Shown: positions 1-8,346 of the stretch, piece after piece
How positions within the stretch are numbered: position 1 is the first letter of the stretch
Layout: each line of letters starts with the position of its first letter
From: Ostreococcus lucimarinus
Taxonomy: Eukaryota
Assembly (NCBI GenBank): GCA_000092065.1
Contig: CP000585.1
DNA length: 64,000 nt
Direction: 5' to 3' (one strand)
Position numbers and translations under genes: made by a program
The notes under the pieces: generated by a model
Database searches by the model: none
What the model saw: only the letters and a program-made list of their open reading frames with translations
What the model was told of the DNA's origin: nothing

Positions 1-610
1 GACCGACGAGCGAGAGCGCCTCTTGTTGCTGCAACGGCACCTCTTGCTTGTCCTTTTGAGCGACGATGACTTGGAAATCCGTCAACACACTCTCGAGCTC
101 TTTCAATGCCTGCTCACCGTCCGCCTTCTTCCCCGACGCGAGAGCCTCAACGATCTTACCGCGTTGCTCCTTGACAATCTTCAAAGAGCCGTTCACGCTC
201 GATTCGACGCCGGAGAATTTCACTCCCGGCACGCGCAAGTCGTCGCTGATGCTCTCGAGCTTCTTCTGAATGGCGCGAATCGGCTTATTGCTCACCGGCA
301 ACGCGTTTCGCAACAGCGCCTTGGCGTTCGTGATGGGATTCGCTTCCAATCCAGCGACTTGGCCGATCTCCATCGGCGTCACCGGCGACGCGAACGCTTC
401 CAGAGTCGGCGCGGAGACGCACGCCGTCGCGGCGATCGCCATCAAACTCTTCGCGATCGATTTCGCCGCGCTCGGGGCGTCTTCGCCCGCAGCGTGCGCG
501 CGCACGACGGTCAACGCGCTTTGCTTGCGCGTGTTGACTGTTTTCGCGCGCAAAGCGCGCGCTGGGCGCGCGCACGCGCGTCCGATGGTGGGTGACGTCG
601 ACCCCGGCAT
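1..610 (-). CDS. CYP38: Thylakoid-lumen peptidyl-prolyl isomerase CYP38/TLP40-like, 5' part only; the gene continues beyond the window start
   Basis: The reverse-strand translation from the ATG near 610 begins with a Ser/Thr/Arg/Ala-rich transit-peptide-like N-terminus. It continues LLRNALPVSNKPIRAIQKKLESISDDLRVPGVKFSGVESSVNGSLKIVKEQRGKIVEALASGKKADGEQALKELESVLTDFQVIVAQKDKQEVPLQ, which is collinear with the Arabidopsis CYP38 N-terminal helical domain ([42 protein letters not shown]...). There is no stop before position 1. The ORF track does not list it because it is open-ended. Confidence 0.6.
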   Translation of the reverse strand, partial: MPGSTSPTIGRACARPARALRAKTVNTRKQSALTVVRAHAAGEDAPSAAKSIAKSLMAIAATACVSAPTLEAFASPVTPMEIGQVAGLEANPITNAKALLRNALPVSNKPIRAIQKKLESISDDLRVPGVKFSGVESSVNGSLKIVKEQRGKIVEALASGKKADGEQALKELESVLTDFQVIVAQKDKQEVPLQQQEALSLVG

Positions 611-1538
611 TTTGGATAAAGTCGTCCTTTACGAGCGTCCACCAACGCGCTGAGTCGCACGAACGCGCTCGGGCGCGACGAAAAGCGCGTCGAAGCGAGT
701 TTCCGTCTTCGGAGTCGTGCTGCGACGAGCGCGCGCGAATGTGCGGTCGCCCCGCGCGCGCGCCGCGGTTTTCGCAAACTATCGGCTACTCTAACGCTAC
801 AAACTCTAGACGCGCGCGTCGTCACCTGCGCCCGGCGGGCTCGCGATACGCCCTATTCGCGCGATACAACGCGTAGATTTCATCCCCTCCGATCGACGCG
901 TCCGTCGGGCGGCTGCCCAGTCCCGCGCGCGCGGGTCCGTCTGTCTCGCGCGCGTTCGCCGTCGGCGCCGCGCGCGTCGGCGCCGCCGCCGTCCCCGCCC
1001 GACCGCGTTCCGACGCCCGCGCGCGCTCATCGTGCTCCAACATCGATTTCGCCGACGCCGAGGCGTCGTATCCGCGCACGTCGCGATCGAACCGCTCGAG
1101 TCGACGCTCGACGTACGCTCGCGGCGGTTCCCGCGCCGCCCTCGTCGTCGTCGCCTCCACCGCGCGGTACAGCCCCGCGACGCCCGCGTTCGCGCGTCGC
1201 GCGCGCATCGCGAGCGTCCCGACCGCCGTTCCCGTCCCGCGCGTCTCGCGCGTCGTCGCGCGCGCGTCGAGATCGATCTCGTTCGCGTCGCCCGCGCCCG
1301 AGTCTCGCGCGTCGTCCCGCGCGCGCGCCCCGAGCGCCGCCGCGATGCGCTCGGCGCGCCTGCGCGCCTCCTCCACCATCGCGCTCGCGGGCGCGGGCTC
1401 CATCGCGCGCGGCGCGTCGCCGCGTCGCCGCGTCGTCGGCGCGCTGTGTCGACGCCGTGTCATTTCATGTCGCGCGCGTCGCGGCTCGTCTCGCTCGCCC
1501 CGCGCGCTCGCGTCGCGCGCCGACGCGCGACGCGCGCG

Positions 1539-2198
1539 ATGGCGGGACCGCCGACGCCCGCGCGACCGCTCGGGCGCGTCGCGCGCGGCGCGGCGACGGC
1601 GAGGGTGAAGATCGACGCGTGGTTGGACTTTGCGTGCCCGTTTTCGGGACGGTTTTGGAGAAACTGCACGGCGGCGTGGGCGAGTTACGACGGGAAAGCG
1701 GACGTCGCGATCGTCGTGTACAATCAACCGCAACCGTGGCACGCGCAGAGCGCGCTGGCGCACGAGGTGTCGTTGGGGGTGGAACGACTGCGCGGCGAGG
1801 ACGCGTTCGTCGCGTTTTGCGAGGCGGCGTTTAGCGAGAAAAACTGGGACAAGTTCACGGATAAGTTCACGGAAAAGATGACCAAGGGGGAGATGTACGA
1901 TTTGTACGTCGACGTCGCGCGCGAGGCGATGACGGGCGCGATGGGCGCGGACGCCGCGGCGTCGACGGCGGGCGAAGTGCGAAAACTTTTGGAATTGGAC
2001 GCCGAGGCGTTGGCGCGCGGGGAGAAGAATCCGGGCAACGCGATGACGCAGCAGTTGAAGTTTTACGTCAAACTCGGACGGCAAACGGGCGTGCACGTGT
2101 CGCCGAGCGCGTACGTGAACGGACTGTTCGCGGATACCTCGAGCGGGTGGAGCGAGAGCGAGTGGCACGCGTTTTTCGACGCCGCGCGTGGCAAGTGA
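1539..2198 (+). CDS. DSBA-like thioredoxin-fold protein
   Basis: The C-terminal 220 aa of track ORF 1032..2198 reads VKIDAWLDFACPFSGRFW... with a CPFS active-site-like motif and a DsbA-type fold. The upstream 170 aa are an arginine-rich GC artefact. The first plausible ATG is at 1539 (MAGPPTPARPLGRVARGAATARVKIDAW). Confidence 0.55.
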   Translation: MAGPPTPARPLGRVARGAATARVKIDAWLDFACPFSGRFWRNCTAAWASYDGKADVAIVVYNQPQPWHAQSALAHEVSLGVERLRGEDAFVAFCEAAFSEKNWDKFTDKFTEKMTKGEMYDLYVDVAREAMTGAMGADAAASTAGEVRKLLELDAEALARGEKNPGNAMTQQLKFYVKLGRQTGVHVSPSAYVNGLFADTSSGWSESEWHAFFDAARGK

Positions 2199-2281
2199 GC
2201 GCAGCGATCATCGCGCCGCAGCTTCTCGTCAGTCTTAGCGAATGCCTTTTAAACTCTAATTACAGACAAAGCGAGATAACA

Positions 2282-3025
2282 TCACGGATCCTCTGACTTT
2301 TCTTCGTTCGCCTCGGCGGCGTCGCGTTCGGCGAGCTCCGCCTTGGCCTGGTCGAGCAGATCCTTGCCGTCGAAATAATCCAGCGTCTTTTGTCCGGCGA
2401 GCGCGATCAATCCGACGCCGTTCGCCGCGTACACGAACGTGGCCAAGTACGTCAGCCCCTCGACGATCGTGCGCACGGTGATGGAAATTTGTCGCACCGT
2501 CTCGCTCTCCGGCAGCGCCTTCCCGTCGAACGACGCGCTCACCTTGGACGCGAACGCGTACAGCACGACAGAGATCCCGATCCCCGTCAAACCTCCGGTA
2601 AAACTCTGCATCGCCGTCAGCTCTTTCGTCTTCTTCGCGCGCTCTTCGTCGATTTTCGCTCGTTCCTCCTCCGGCAACCTATTCGCCACGCGAAACTCCC
2701 TCGCCTTCCCGCTTCGCTTCTGCACCGCGCGCGCAAAGTACCAGAACGAAAACCCCGTGAACAGGACGCCGAACACGTTCTGCAGCGGCGTCGCCTCTTC
2801 CGTGGGCACGCCGTACGAGTCGTACACCCCCGCGACGGCGACGCCGCCGTCGACCGCCGCGACCCACGCCGCCGCCGCCGCCGCGCGCGCCGTCGCCGTC
2901 GCCGTCGCCCGCCCTCGCGCGCGCGCGTCCGCGTCCGCGCGCGCGACGCCGTTTCTCGCGTCACCGTCCTCGTCCGCGCGCGTCGTCGTCGTCGTCGCCG
3001 TCGTCGCGCGCGTCGTCGTCCTCAT
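2282..3025 (-). CDS. Hypothetical membrane protein with about three TM helices, possibly organelle-targeted
   Basis: The C-terminal 247 aa of track ORF 2282..3949 run NVFGVLFTGFSFWYFARAVQKR...GLTGIGISVVLYAFASK...GLTYLATFVYAANGVGLIALAGQ. The N-terminus is Thr/Ala-rich. The upstream part of the ORF is an Arg-rich artefact. Confidence 0.5.
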   Translation of the reverse strand: MRTTTRATTATTTTTRADEDGDARNGVARADADARARGRATATATARAAAAAAWVAAVDGGVAVAGVYDSYGVPTEEATPLQNVFGVLFTGFSFWYFARAVQKRSGKAREFRVANRLPEEERAKIDEERAKKTKELTAMQSFTGGLTGIGISVVLYAFASKVSASFDGKALPESETVRQISITVRTIVEGLTYLATFVYAANGVGLIALAGQKTLDYFDGKDLLDQAKAELAERDAAEANEEKSEDP

Positions 3026-3214
3026 CTTTCGTTCGCCGTCGCCGCGCGTCGCCGTCCACCGTCGCGTCGCGCGCGCGCGTCGCGCCGCGGGCGCCGCGCG
3101 CGCGCGCGCGCGCGCGCCCGTCCGCGCCCGCATCGCCCCGTCTCGCGTTCGCGCGCGCGTGTGCGGCGCGCCCGCGCGGCGCCGCGTCACATCGAGTCGC
3201 GCCGTCGTCGATCG

Positions 3215-4240
3215 ATGTCGCGCGACGCCGACGCGCGCGGGCGCGCGGTGTACGTCGGGAACCTGCCGCTCGACGCGTCGTCGCGCGACGTCGACCGACG
3301 GTTCGCGGCGCACGGCGTCGTGGCGCGCGTCGAGGTCAAGCGACCGCGACATCCGCCGGCGTTCGCGTTCGTGACGTTCGACGACGCGCGCGACGCCGAG
3401 CGCGCGGCGCGGGCGGAGGACGGGACGACGTTCGATGGGAGACGCGTGCGCGCGGAGCTGGCGCGGGGACGACGGGACGGCGGGAGGGAGAGGGAGAGGG
3501 AGAGGGAGAGGGAGGCGCGCGGCGACTGGGACCGCGGCGACCGGGACGACGGCGACGGGCGCGATAGATACGCGGGACGGATGCGAAGCGATCGAGAGGG
3601 GCCGTACGATCGACCGCGATGGCGCGATGGCGCGGACGCGCGATCGATGGTGCGGGAGCGCGCGGCGACGCGAAAGACGGAGCATTCGGTGAAGGTGGAG
3701 GATTTGCCGCGAGGCGCGGATTGGCGAGACGTGAAGGACGCGTTTCGACGCGCGGGACGGGTGACGTACGCGAGCACGTTCGTCGATCGCGATGGACGGA
3801 GGTGCGCGGAGGTACACTTTGAGAGCGCGGACGACGTCGAACGAGCGATCGACGCGTTCGACGATAGGGAGTTTGAGATTTCCGGCGGCGCGCGCGAGTA
3901 CGTGCGGGTGTTTCGTCGAGCGCCGAGACGTCGTCGAGAGGGCGGGCATCGACCGCGGAGTTACTCGCGCGAGCGGTACTCCGATGACCGCGTCCGGCGC
4001 GCGCGAAGTCGCAGCCGTAGCTTCAGCCGTAGCTTCAGCCGGTCGCGCAGCCGCAGTCGCGACGAACGCGACGACGGCCCGTCGCGGAGCCCGTCGCCCG
4101 AAATCATCGAGCGACGCCGCTCGCGCAGCAGAACGCCGTCGCGGCGCGACGACGATTCGCCTCGGCGCGGGCGGTCGCCCACGCCGCGGGGCGCGCGATC
4201 GCGCGAGCCCTCATTCGACGACCTCGCGGCGAACGATTAA
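3215..4240 (+). CDS. Serine/arginine-rich splicing factor, SRSF1/ASF-SF2-like, with RRM, pseudo-RRM and RS domain
   Basis: MSRDADARGRAVYVGNLPLDASSRDVDRRFAAHGVVARVEVKRPRHPPAFAFVTFDDARDAERA is RRM1. SVKVEDLPRGADWRDVKDAFRRAGRVTYASTFVDRDGRRCAEVHFESADDVERAI is a pseudo-RRM carrying the SWQDLKD-type motif. The C-terminus is an RS domain (RSRSRSFSRSFSRSRSRSRDER...RSPSPE). Confidence 0.7.
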   Translation: MSRDADARGRAVYVGNLPLDASSRDVDRRFAAHGVVARVEVKRPRHPPAFAFVTFDDARDAERAARAEDGTTFDGRRVRAELARGRRDGGREREREREREARGDWDRGDRDDGDGRDRYAGRMRSDREGPYDRPRWRDGADARSMVRERAATRKTEHSVKVEDLPRGADWRDVKDAFRRAGRVTYASTFVDRDGRRCAEVHFESADDVERAIDAFDDREFEISGGAREYVRVFRRAPRRRREGGHRPRSYSRERYSDDRVRRARSRSRSFSRSFSRSRSRSRDERDDGPSRSPSPEIIERRRSRSRTPSRRDDDSPRRGRSPTPRGARSREPSFDDLAAND

Positions 4241-4273
4241 CGAACGATTCAATTTCTAAAATTCTTCACAAAA

Positions 4274-4885
4274 TCACTTCATCTTTTCAATCGCCGCTCG
4301 ACAGTCGACGCTCGCGCCGCGTCCTTTCCCTCGCTCGAACGCCTCGAGCACGCGCCAAATCAACGCCTCGTACTCATCCTCTAAAAACTCCCCATCCTCC
4401 GTCACGAACTCTTCGCACCGCACGTCGCATCGCACCGCGTCCTTCGCCTCGCACTTCCCGTCGCTCTTCGCGCTCACGATCACCTCGAGCGTCTCCGCCA
4501 GTCGCGCGCACCGCACGTGCACCGTCAGCCCATCCTTCGACCGTTCGTTTCTCGCCCACGCCGCCGGTTCGCGTCCATCGCAATCCACCCCTCGCGCTCG
4601 CGTCAGCAGCAGCGCGTCTCGCTCCGCGTACTTCGCCACGCACGGCGCCCCGCACGCCAGCGCCCCGTACGCCGCCGCGCACGCCCATCGCGTCGCGTCG
4701 TTCGTCATCGTCACCGCGTGCGCCGCGCACGCCGCGCCGATCGCCGCGATCGACAGCGCGATCTTCGCGTCCACCGTGCGCGTGTCCTCGTCGTAGCCCG
4801 CGTCGAGGACCGCGCACACCGTCGCGTCGTCGTACGCGCGCCGCACCGCGACGTGGTCGTACACGTTCGAGATCGGCGTCGCCAT
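4274..4885 (-). CDS. Hypothetical protein
   Basis: The 203-aa ORF has non-biased composition (MATPISNVYDHVAVRRAYDDATVCAVLDAGYDEDTRT...EDEYEALIWRVLEAFERGKG). I do not recognise a domain. Confidence 0.4.
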   Translation of the reverse strand: MATPISNVYDHVAVRRAYDDATVCAVLDAGYDEDTRTVDAKIALSIAAIGAACAAHAVTMTNDATRWACAAAYGALACGAPCVAKYAERDALLLTRARGVDCDGREPAAWARNERSKDGLTVHVRCARLAETLEVIVSAKSDGKCEAKDAVRCDVRCEEFVTEDGEFLEDEYEALIWRVLEAFERGKGRGASVDCRAAIEKMK

Positions 4886-5051
4886 CGCGCGTCGCGGTCG
4901 CGATCGAGCGTCGCGATTTCGGGGTCGCGCGCGTCGTGCGCAGCGCGCGTCGCGCGGCGCTCGCGCGCGTCGTCGCGCGCGCGCGTGTGCGGGACGGCGT
5001 CGAACGCGTTCGCGACGCCATCGCGCGCGTCCCGCACACGCGCGCGCGGCG

Positions 5052-5090
5052 TCGCGCTCGATCGCGCTCGATCGCGCTCGATCGCGCGCC
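5052..5090. repeat. (TCGATCGCGC)3 decamer tandem repeat in the 5' flank of the tau95-like gene
   Basis: Three tandem copies were read directly. They lie in the divergent promoter between the 4274..4885 (minus) gene and 5122.. (plus) gene. Confidence 0.7.
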
Positions 5091-5121
5091 GCGACGCGGC
5101 GTCGAACGCGGCGCGCGCGCG

Positions 5122-6585
5122 ATGGCGCGCGAGCGACGCAGGGACGACGTGACGCTGCCGCGAGCGACGAAACTCGCGCTGATTCGCTTCCCGGGATACG
5201 TCGACGACGTCGACGCGTGCGAACGGATGCTGGGCGGACGCGCGGCGCTGTCCGAGGCGTGCTTTCCGAGAGAAACCTCGCGGCGACGCGCGGCGGGAGG
5301 GCGCGCGACGTCGGAGGACGGCGCGACGACGGGGCGACGACGACGGGACGGCGGGCGGTTGGAGCTGCGATTCGCGAACGCGAACGCGAACGCGAAGGCG
5401 AAGGCGAACGGGCGTCGGTCGGTGGCGTACGGCGAACGAAGGGAGACGCGGTCGATCGTGTTGAAAATGACGGAACGCGCGGACGCGAACGGCGGGACGA
5501 GGACGGAGGTGGAGGCGATCGGGTTGGCGCGGCGAGTGTTTTTGTTTCGAGGCGCGGCGGATTTCGGACGACGAAACGAGGGACGAGACGACGACGCGGG
5601 ACGACGGGACGCGGTTGACGGGGTGAAGTGGTTGAAGGATGCGAAGGGAGGGGCGAACGATCCGTTCGAGCTCGGGAACGAGGGCGATGGGGGGGTCGGG
5701 GGGATGGGCGCGACGTCGCTGCGGCCGCCGTTGTACACGCGAGACGACATTCCCGTGGCGAATTATTTTGAGCAAAACGATACGGGGGCGACGACGACGC
5801 GGGAGGTTGATTTCCACGAGATCGCGGTGCCTACTCGAGGTTTGGCGATGGAAGACGCCTCGAGCGCGGCGGTGAGCGCGATGCGGGCGTTGATGGAAGA
5901 GAGAGACGTTTGGGCGCCGCTCGCGGCGTTGGCGCGTCTGCCGAAATCGTTGGCGGACGAAATCGTTTCGCGAAAGCTTCACGCGACGACGTGTTATCAG
6001 TTCTCGAGCGGGCCTTTTAAGAAGTCGTGGATTAAAGTCGGCGTCGACCCGCGATTTGATAGGACGTACGTGCGTCATCAAACCGTGACGCTTCGATTAC
6101 CCGCGAATTGGTTTCGGGACGACGACGAAGAGGGCGCGCGTCGCAAAGAGCGATTCTCCCTCAGCTCGCGCGCCGATCGCGGATATCACGCCGCCATTCA
6201 CGGGTTTCGAGCGATACCGGACGCGAGACACCCAGTCTTATCGCTCGCTGATATCGATCTGCCGAGCGTGCGCGCCGCGGTGGAACGCGCGGCGACGTGC
6301 GAGGACCCGCCGAGCGCGTGCGACGAGCGTCGCGGCTGGCTATCCGCCGCGCTTCATCGCAAGATCCAGCGCGCCATACTTCGCGGCTACCAAACATTGC
6401 TGAACGGTGGTGACCCGATCGCCGTCGACGAAGCCTCGATGGCCGACGCGGACGACGCCGCGGTGGACGACGATTTCATCGCGAACGACGCCGCCGCGCC
6501 CAAAGTCGCCGCCGACGACGACGAAGGCGACGAGTACGAAATTCTCGCCGGCGACGATGATTCCGGCGACGACGACATCGCGTAG
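5122..6585 (+). CDS. RNA polymerase III transcription factor TFIIIC subunit 5 (tau95/GTF3C5)-like
   Basis: LIRFPGYVDDVDACERMLGGRAALSEA matches the tau95 N-terminal VEYPGVV..A..LGG motif. CYQFSSGPFKKSWIKVGVDPRFDR matches the conserved tau95 block Y.F.NGPWR..W.RFGYDPR. The C-terminus is an acidic tail. The upstream part of track ORF 4936.. is an Arg-rich artefact. The gene contains an internal (GCGAAC)n repeat encoding ANANANAKAKAN. Confidence 0.5.
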   Translation: MARERRRDDVTLPRATKLALIRFPGYVDDVDACERMLGGRAALSEACFPRETSRRRAAGGRATSEDGATTGRRRRDGGRLELRFANANANAKAKANGRRSVAYGERRETRSIVLKMTERADANGGTRTEVEAIGLARRVFLFRGAADFGRRNEGRDDDAGRRDAVDGVKWLKDAKGGANDPFELGNEGDGGVGGMGATSLRPPLYTRDDIPVANYFEQNDTGATTTREVDFHEIAVPTRGLAMEDASSAAVSAMRALMEERDVWAPLAALARLPKSLADEIVSRKLHATTCYQFSSGPFKKSWIKVGVDPRFDRTYVRHQTVTLRLPANWFRDDDEEGARRKERFSLSSRADRGYHAAIHGFRAIPDARHPVLSLADIDLPSVRAAVERAATCEDPPSACDERRGWLSAALHRKIQRAILRGYQTLLNGGDPIAVDEASMADADDAAVDDDFIANDAAAPKVAADDDEGDEYEILAGDDDSGDDDIA

Positions 6586-6626
6586 AAATAGATTGTGTAA
6601 CGAAATAGACGCACGCTTTGATTCGC

Positions 6627-6656
6627 GCGTTCGCGTTCGCGTTCGCGTTCGCGTTC
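6627..6656. repeat. (GCGTTC)5 hexanucleotide repeat in the TFIIIC-tau95 to MRPL47 intergenic region
   Basis: It was read directly from the sequence. A related (GCGAAC)n repeat at about 5374..5411 is coding, giving ANANANAKAKAN inside the tau95-like gene. Confidence 0.75.
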
Positions 6657-6754
6657 GGCGCCTAGGGCAACAGTCCCGCGCGCGCGCGCCGCCCGACATT
6701 CGCCGTCGCGCGCGTCGCGCCGCGTCTCGCACGCGACAAACACGCTTCGCGCGC

Positions 6755-7195
6755 ATGTCCACCACCGCGCTCGCGCGCGCGGCGTCCAGAATCGCGCGCG
6801 CCGCGCTCGAAACTTCCGCGTCGACGCCTCTGACGCGATCGATCTCCTCCACCGCCGCGGCGTCGCGCGCGCACGGTCTAGACGCCTTCGTGGACGCGAA
6901 CAGAGACGAAAAAACCTTCGTCGGTCGCGAGTGGCTCGCGAGCGACCTGCGGAACAAGTCGTACGAGGACCTGCACGAGCTGTGGTACGTGCTGCTCAAG
7001 GAGCGAAACATGCTGCTGACGGAACGATACCTGGCGAGAACGAATCGCGAACCCATGCGAGCGCCGCAGAGGATGACCAAGGTGAGAAAGAGCATGGCGA
7101 GGATTAAACTCGTGCTCACGGAGCGGGCGAGAGAGGAAGCGGGAGGAGATCCGCAAAAGTTATTCGAGATGATGCGTTTGATAAACGCCAAGTGA
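6755..7195 (+). CDS. MRPL47: Mitochondrial ribosomal protein L47 (uL29m)
   Basis: [39 protein letters not shown] is the MRP-L47 signature (human [31 protein letters not shown]). A presequence-like N-terminus follows the first plausible ATG at 6755, which lies inside track ORF 6407..7195. Confidence 0.65.
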   Translation: [146 protein letters not shown]

Positions 7196-7209
7196 GCGCG
7201 CGTCTCGTT

Positions 7210-7214
7210 TGTAA
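7210..7214 (+). terminator. TGTAA putative green-algal polyadenylation signal 15 nt after the MRPL47 stop
   Basis: TGTAA occurs 10-35 nt downstream of the stop codon of many plus-strand genes in this window (6596, 7210, 16722, 24673, 25668, 35197, 47137, 58979). TGTAA is the established poly(A) signal in Chlamydomonas and other green algae. Confidence 0.45.
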
Positions 7215-7292
7215 ATAGCCACGTTAGCGACTTCGTTCACGCGCGACGTTCGCCGCTGGGCTAATGGGCTAATGGCCTAATGAGCTAAGCGT

Positions 7293-8261
7293 CTACTGGG
7301 CGTCGCTATGATTATGTTCGCCGAGCGCGTCGGTCTCGCCGCCGTCGTCGTCGTCGTCGTCGTCGCTCGCTCGACCGAGTTCAATCCAGCACGACAGCGC
7401 AGTCTCTTCGCGTTCGCGGACTCCGAGCATTAATCGAGGGATGCGATGTCGTAAATCGACGATGCACGAACACCCGGTGAATTGAATGTCATTCTCGACG
7501 CCGATCCTGTTCGCGCACACGAAGTACGGGCTCATTGTTTTGCCTAAAAGAGGCTGCAGCCTCGACATCCAGTAAGACACCGTCTCGCCGAAATCGACAG
7601 GCTTCCGTTTGATCTCTTCTGGGTCGTCGGGATGCGCCGACGTCCACGCCGAGCTGAAGAGAATCAAATCGCTCCCGACGCACGCGTTCGCGAGCTCGAA
7701 ATCCGTCCAAGGCGCCTCGAATTTGTACGGATTAATATCCATGCAAATCGCCGACACGCACTTCACGTCCCGAACCACCTCGGCGTACGCCGACCCCGCG
7801 CCACGGACGAAGCACTTCATCGCGAGCGTGAAAACCTCAAAACCTCGGCGTCCCTCGACCGCCCACGCCTCGTCCACGAAGTACAGGTGCGATTTGTCGT
7901 ACCGACGCGCGACGTCGCCGTCGGGCGCGAAAACCGTCTGCGAGTTGAACAACTCCCCGCTCGTCGCCTCCTCCCTGCAGTGTCCGAGCGCCACGTGCGT
8001 GTCGTACGTCATCGCGATCTCGCGCGCCCACGCGAGCGCGCGCGCGCTCTCGCGCGCCACCGCGCGCGCGTCGTCCTCGTCGCGCAACGCGTAACGACTG
8101 AAACCGAGCTCCGGGCAAACAACCATCCCCACGCCTCGATCGCGCGTCAGCGCCGCGCGCACGCGCGCGTCGACGCGCGCGACGTTCTCCGCCACCGTTT
8201 CCGCGCGCGTCGGGTCCGTCTGCACGACGCACACGCGCGCGCGCGCGTCCTCACCGCGCAT
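7293..8261 (-). CDS. Carbon-nitrogen hydrolase (nitrilase superfamily) protein, possibly Nta1-like
   Basis: The C-terminal 322 aa of track ORF 7293..8801 start ARVCVVQTDP... and continue ...GMVVCPELGFSRY...SAICMDINPYKF..ILFSSAW (CN-hydrolase catalytic E-K-C-type blocks). The upstream 180 aa are a Ser/Arg-rich artefact. The gene is divergent from PWP1 with about 85 bp between the start codons. Confidence 0.6.
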   Translation of the reverse strand: MRGEDARARVCVVQTDPTRAETVAENVARVDARVRAALTRDRGVGMVVCPELGFSRYALRDEDDARAVARESARALAWAREIAMTYDTHVALGHCREEATSGELFNSQTVFAPDGDVARRYDKSHLYFVDEAWAVEGRRGFEVFTLAMKCFVRGAGSAYAEVVRDVKCVSAICMDINPYKFEAPWTDFELANACVGSDLILFSSAWTSAHPDDPEEIKRKPVDFGETVSYWMSRLQPLLGKTMSPYFVCANRIGVENDIQFTGCSCIVDLRHRIPRLMLGVREREETALSCWIELGRASDDDDDDDGGETDALGEHNHSDAQ

Positions 8262-8346
8262 GCCCGCCGCCGCCGCCGGCACACTGTGACGCCGCGCGTC
8301 GTCGCGCGCGCGCGCGCTCGGCCCTCGCCGCGCGAACGCGCGCGCG

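Noticed and set aside
1032-1538. N-terminal extensions of many track ORFs, for example 1032-1538, 3026-3949, 4936-5121, 8262-8801, 18591-19049, 33174-33911 and 43443-44849.
   Set aside because: The ORF finder starts at the first ATG/GTG/TTG after a stop. In this GC-rich DNA the open frame often runs hundreds of nt upstream of the real start through Arg-rich nonsense. It frequently overlaps the divergent neighbour's CDS. I trimmed starts to the first ATG that precedes the conserved region and does not overlap the neighbour.
822-2168. Long arginine-rich ORFs on the opposite strand or in alternative frames of nearly every gene. Examples are 822..2168 (-), 2617..2964 (-), 4374..5750 (-), 4711..6081 (-), 14172..15641 (-), 18223..19611 (-), 36522..37991 (+), 46249..47559 (-), 48853..50217 (+), 51512..52516 (+) and 59422..61152 (-).
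   Set aside because: Their composition is dominated by Arg/Ala/Gly/Pro (RRRARR..., PRRRP...). This is what is produced when GC3-biased coding DNA (codons NNC/NNG) is read out of frame or in antisense, where it yields CGN/GCN/CCN-rich frames without stops. They overlap genes that have clear homology. None shows a recognisable domain.
7258-7290. GGGCTAATG-like triple repeat (gctgggctaatgggctaatggcctaatgagctaagcg) as a functional element or mobile-element terminus.
   Set aside because: It is a short, imperfect, single-locus repeat in a convergent 3' intergenic region (97 bp). There are no flanking target-site duplications or terminal inverted repeats. It is probably just 3' UTR low-complexity sequence.
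8220-8340. Apparent 1-nt frame inconsistencies when I hand-translated some lines (for example around 8221 and 8340).
   Set aside because: These are most likely my own character-counting errors at line boundaries, not real indels. The ORF-track translations are continuous across these sites, so I used track arithmetic for coordinates.
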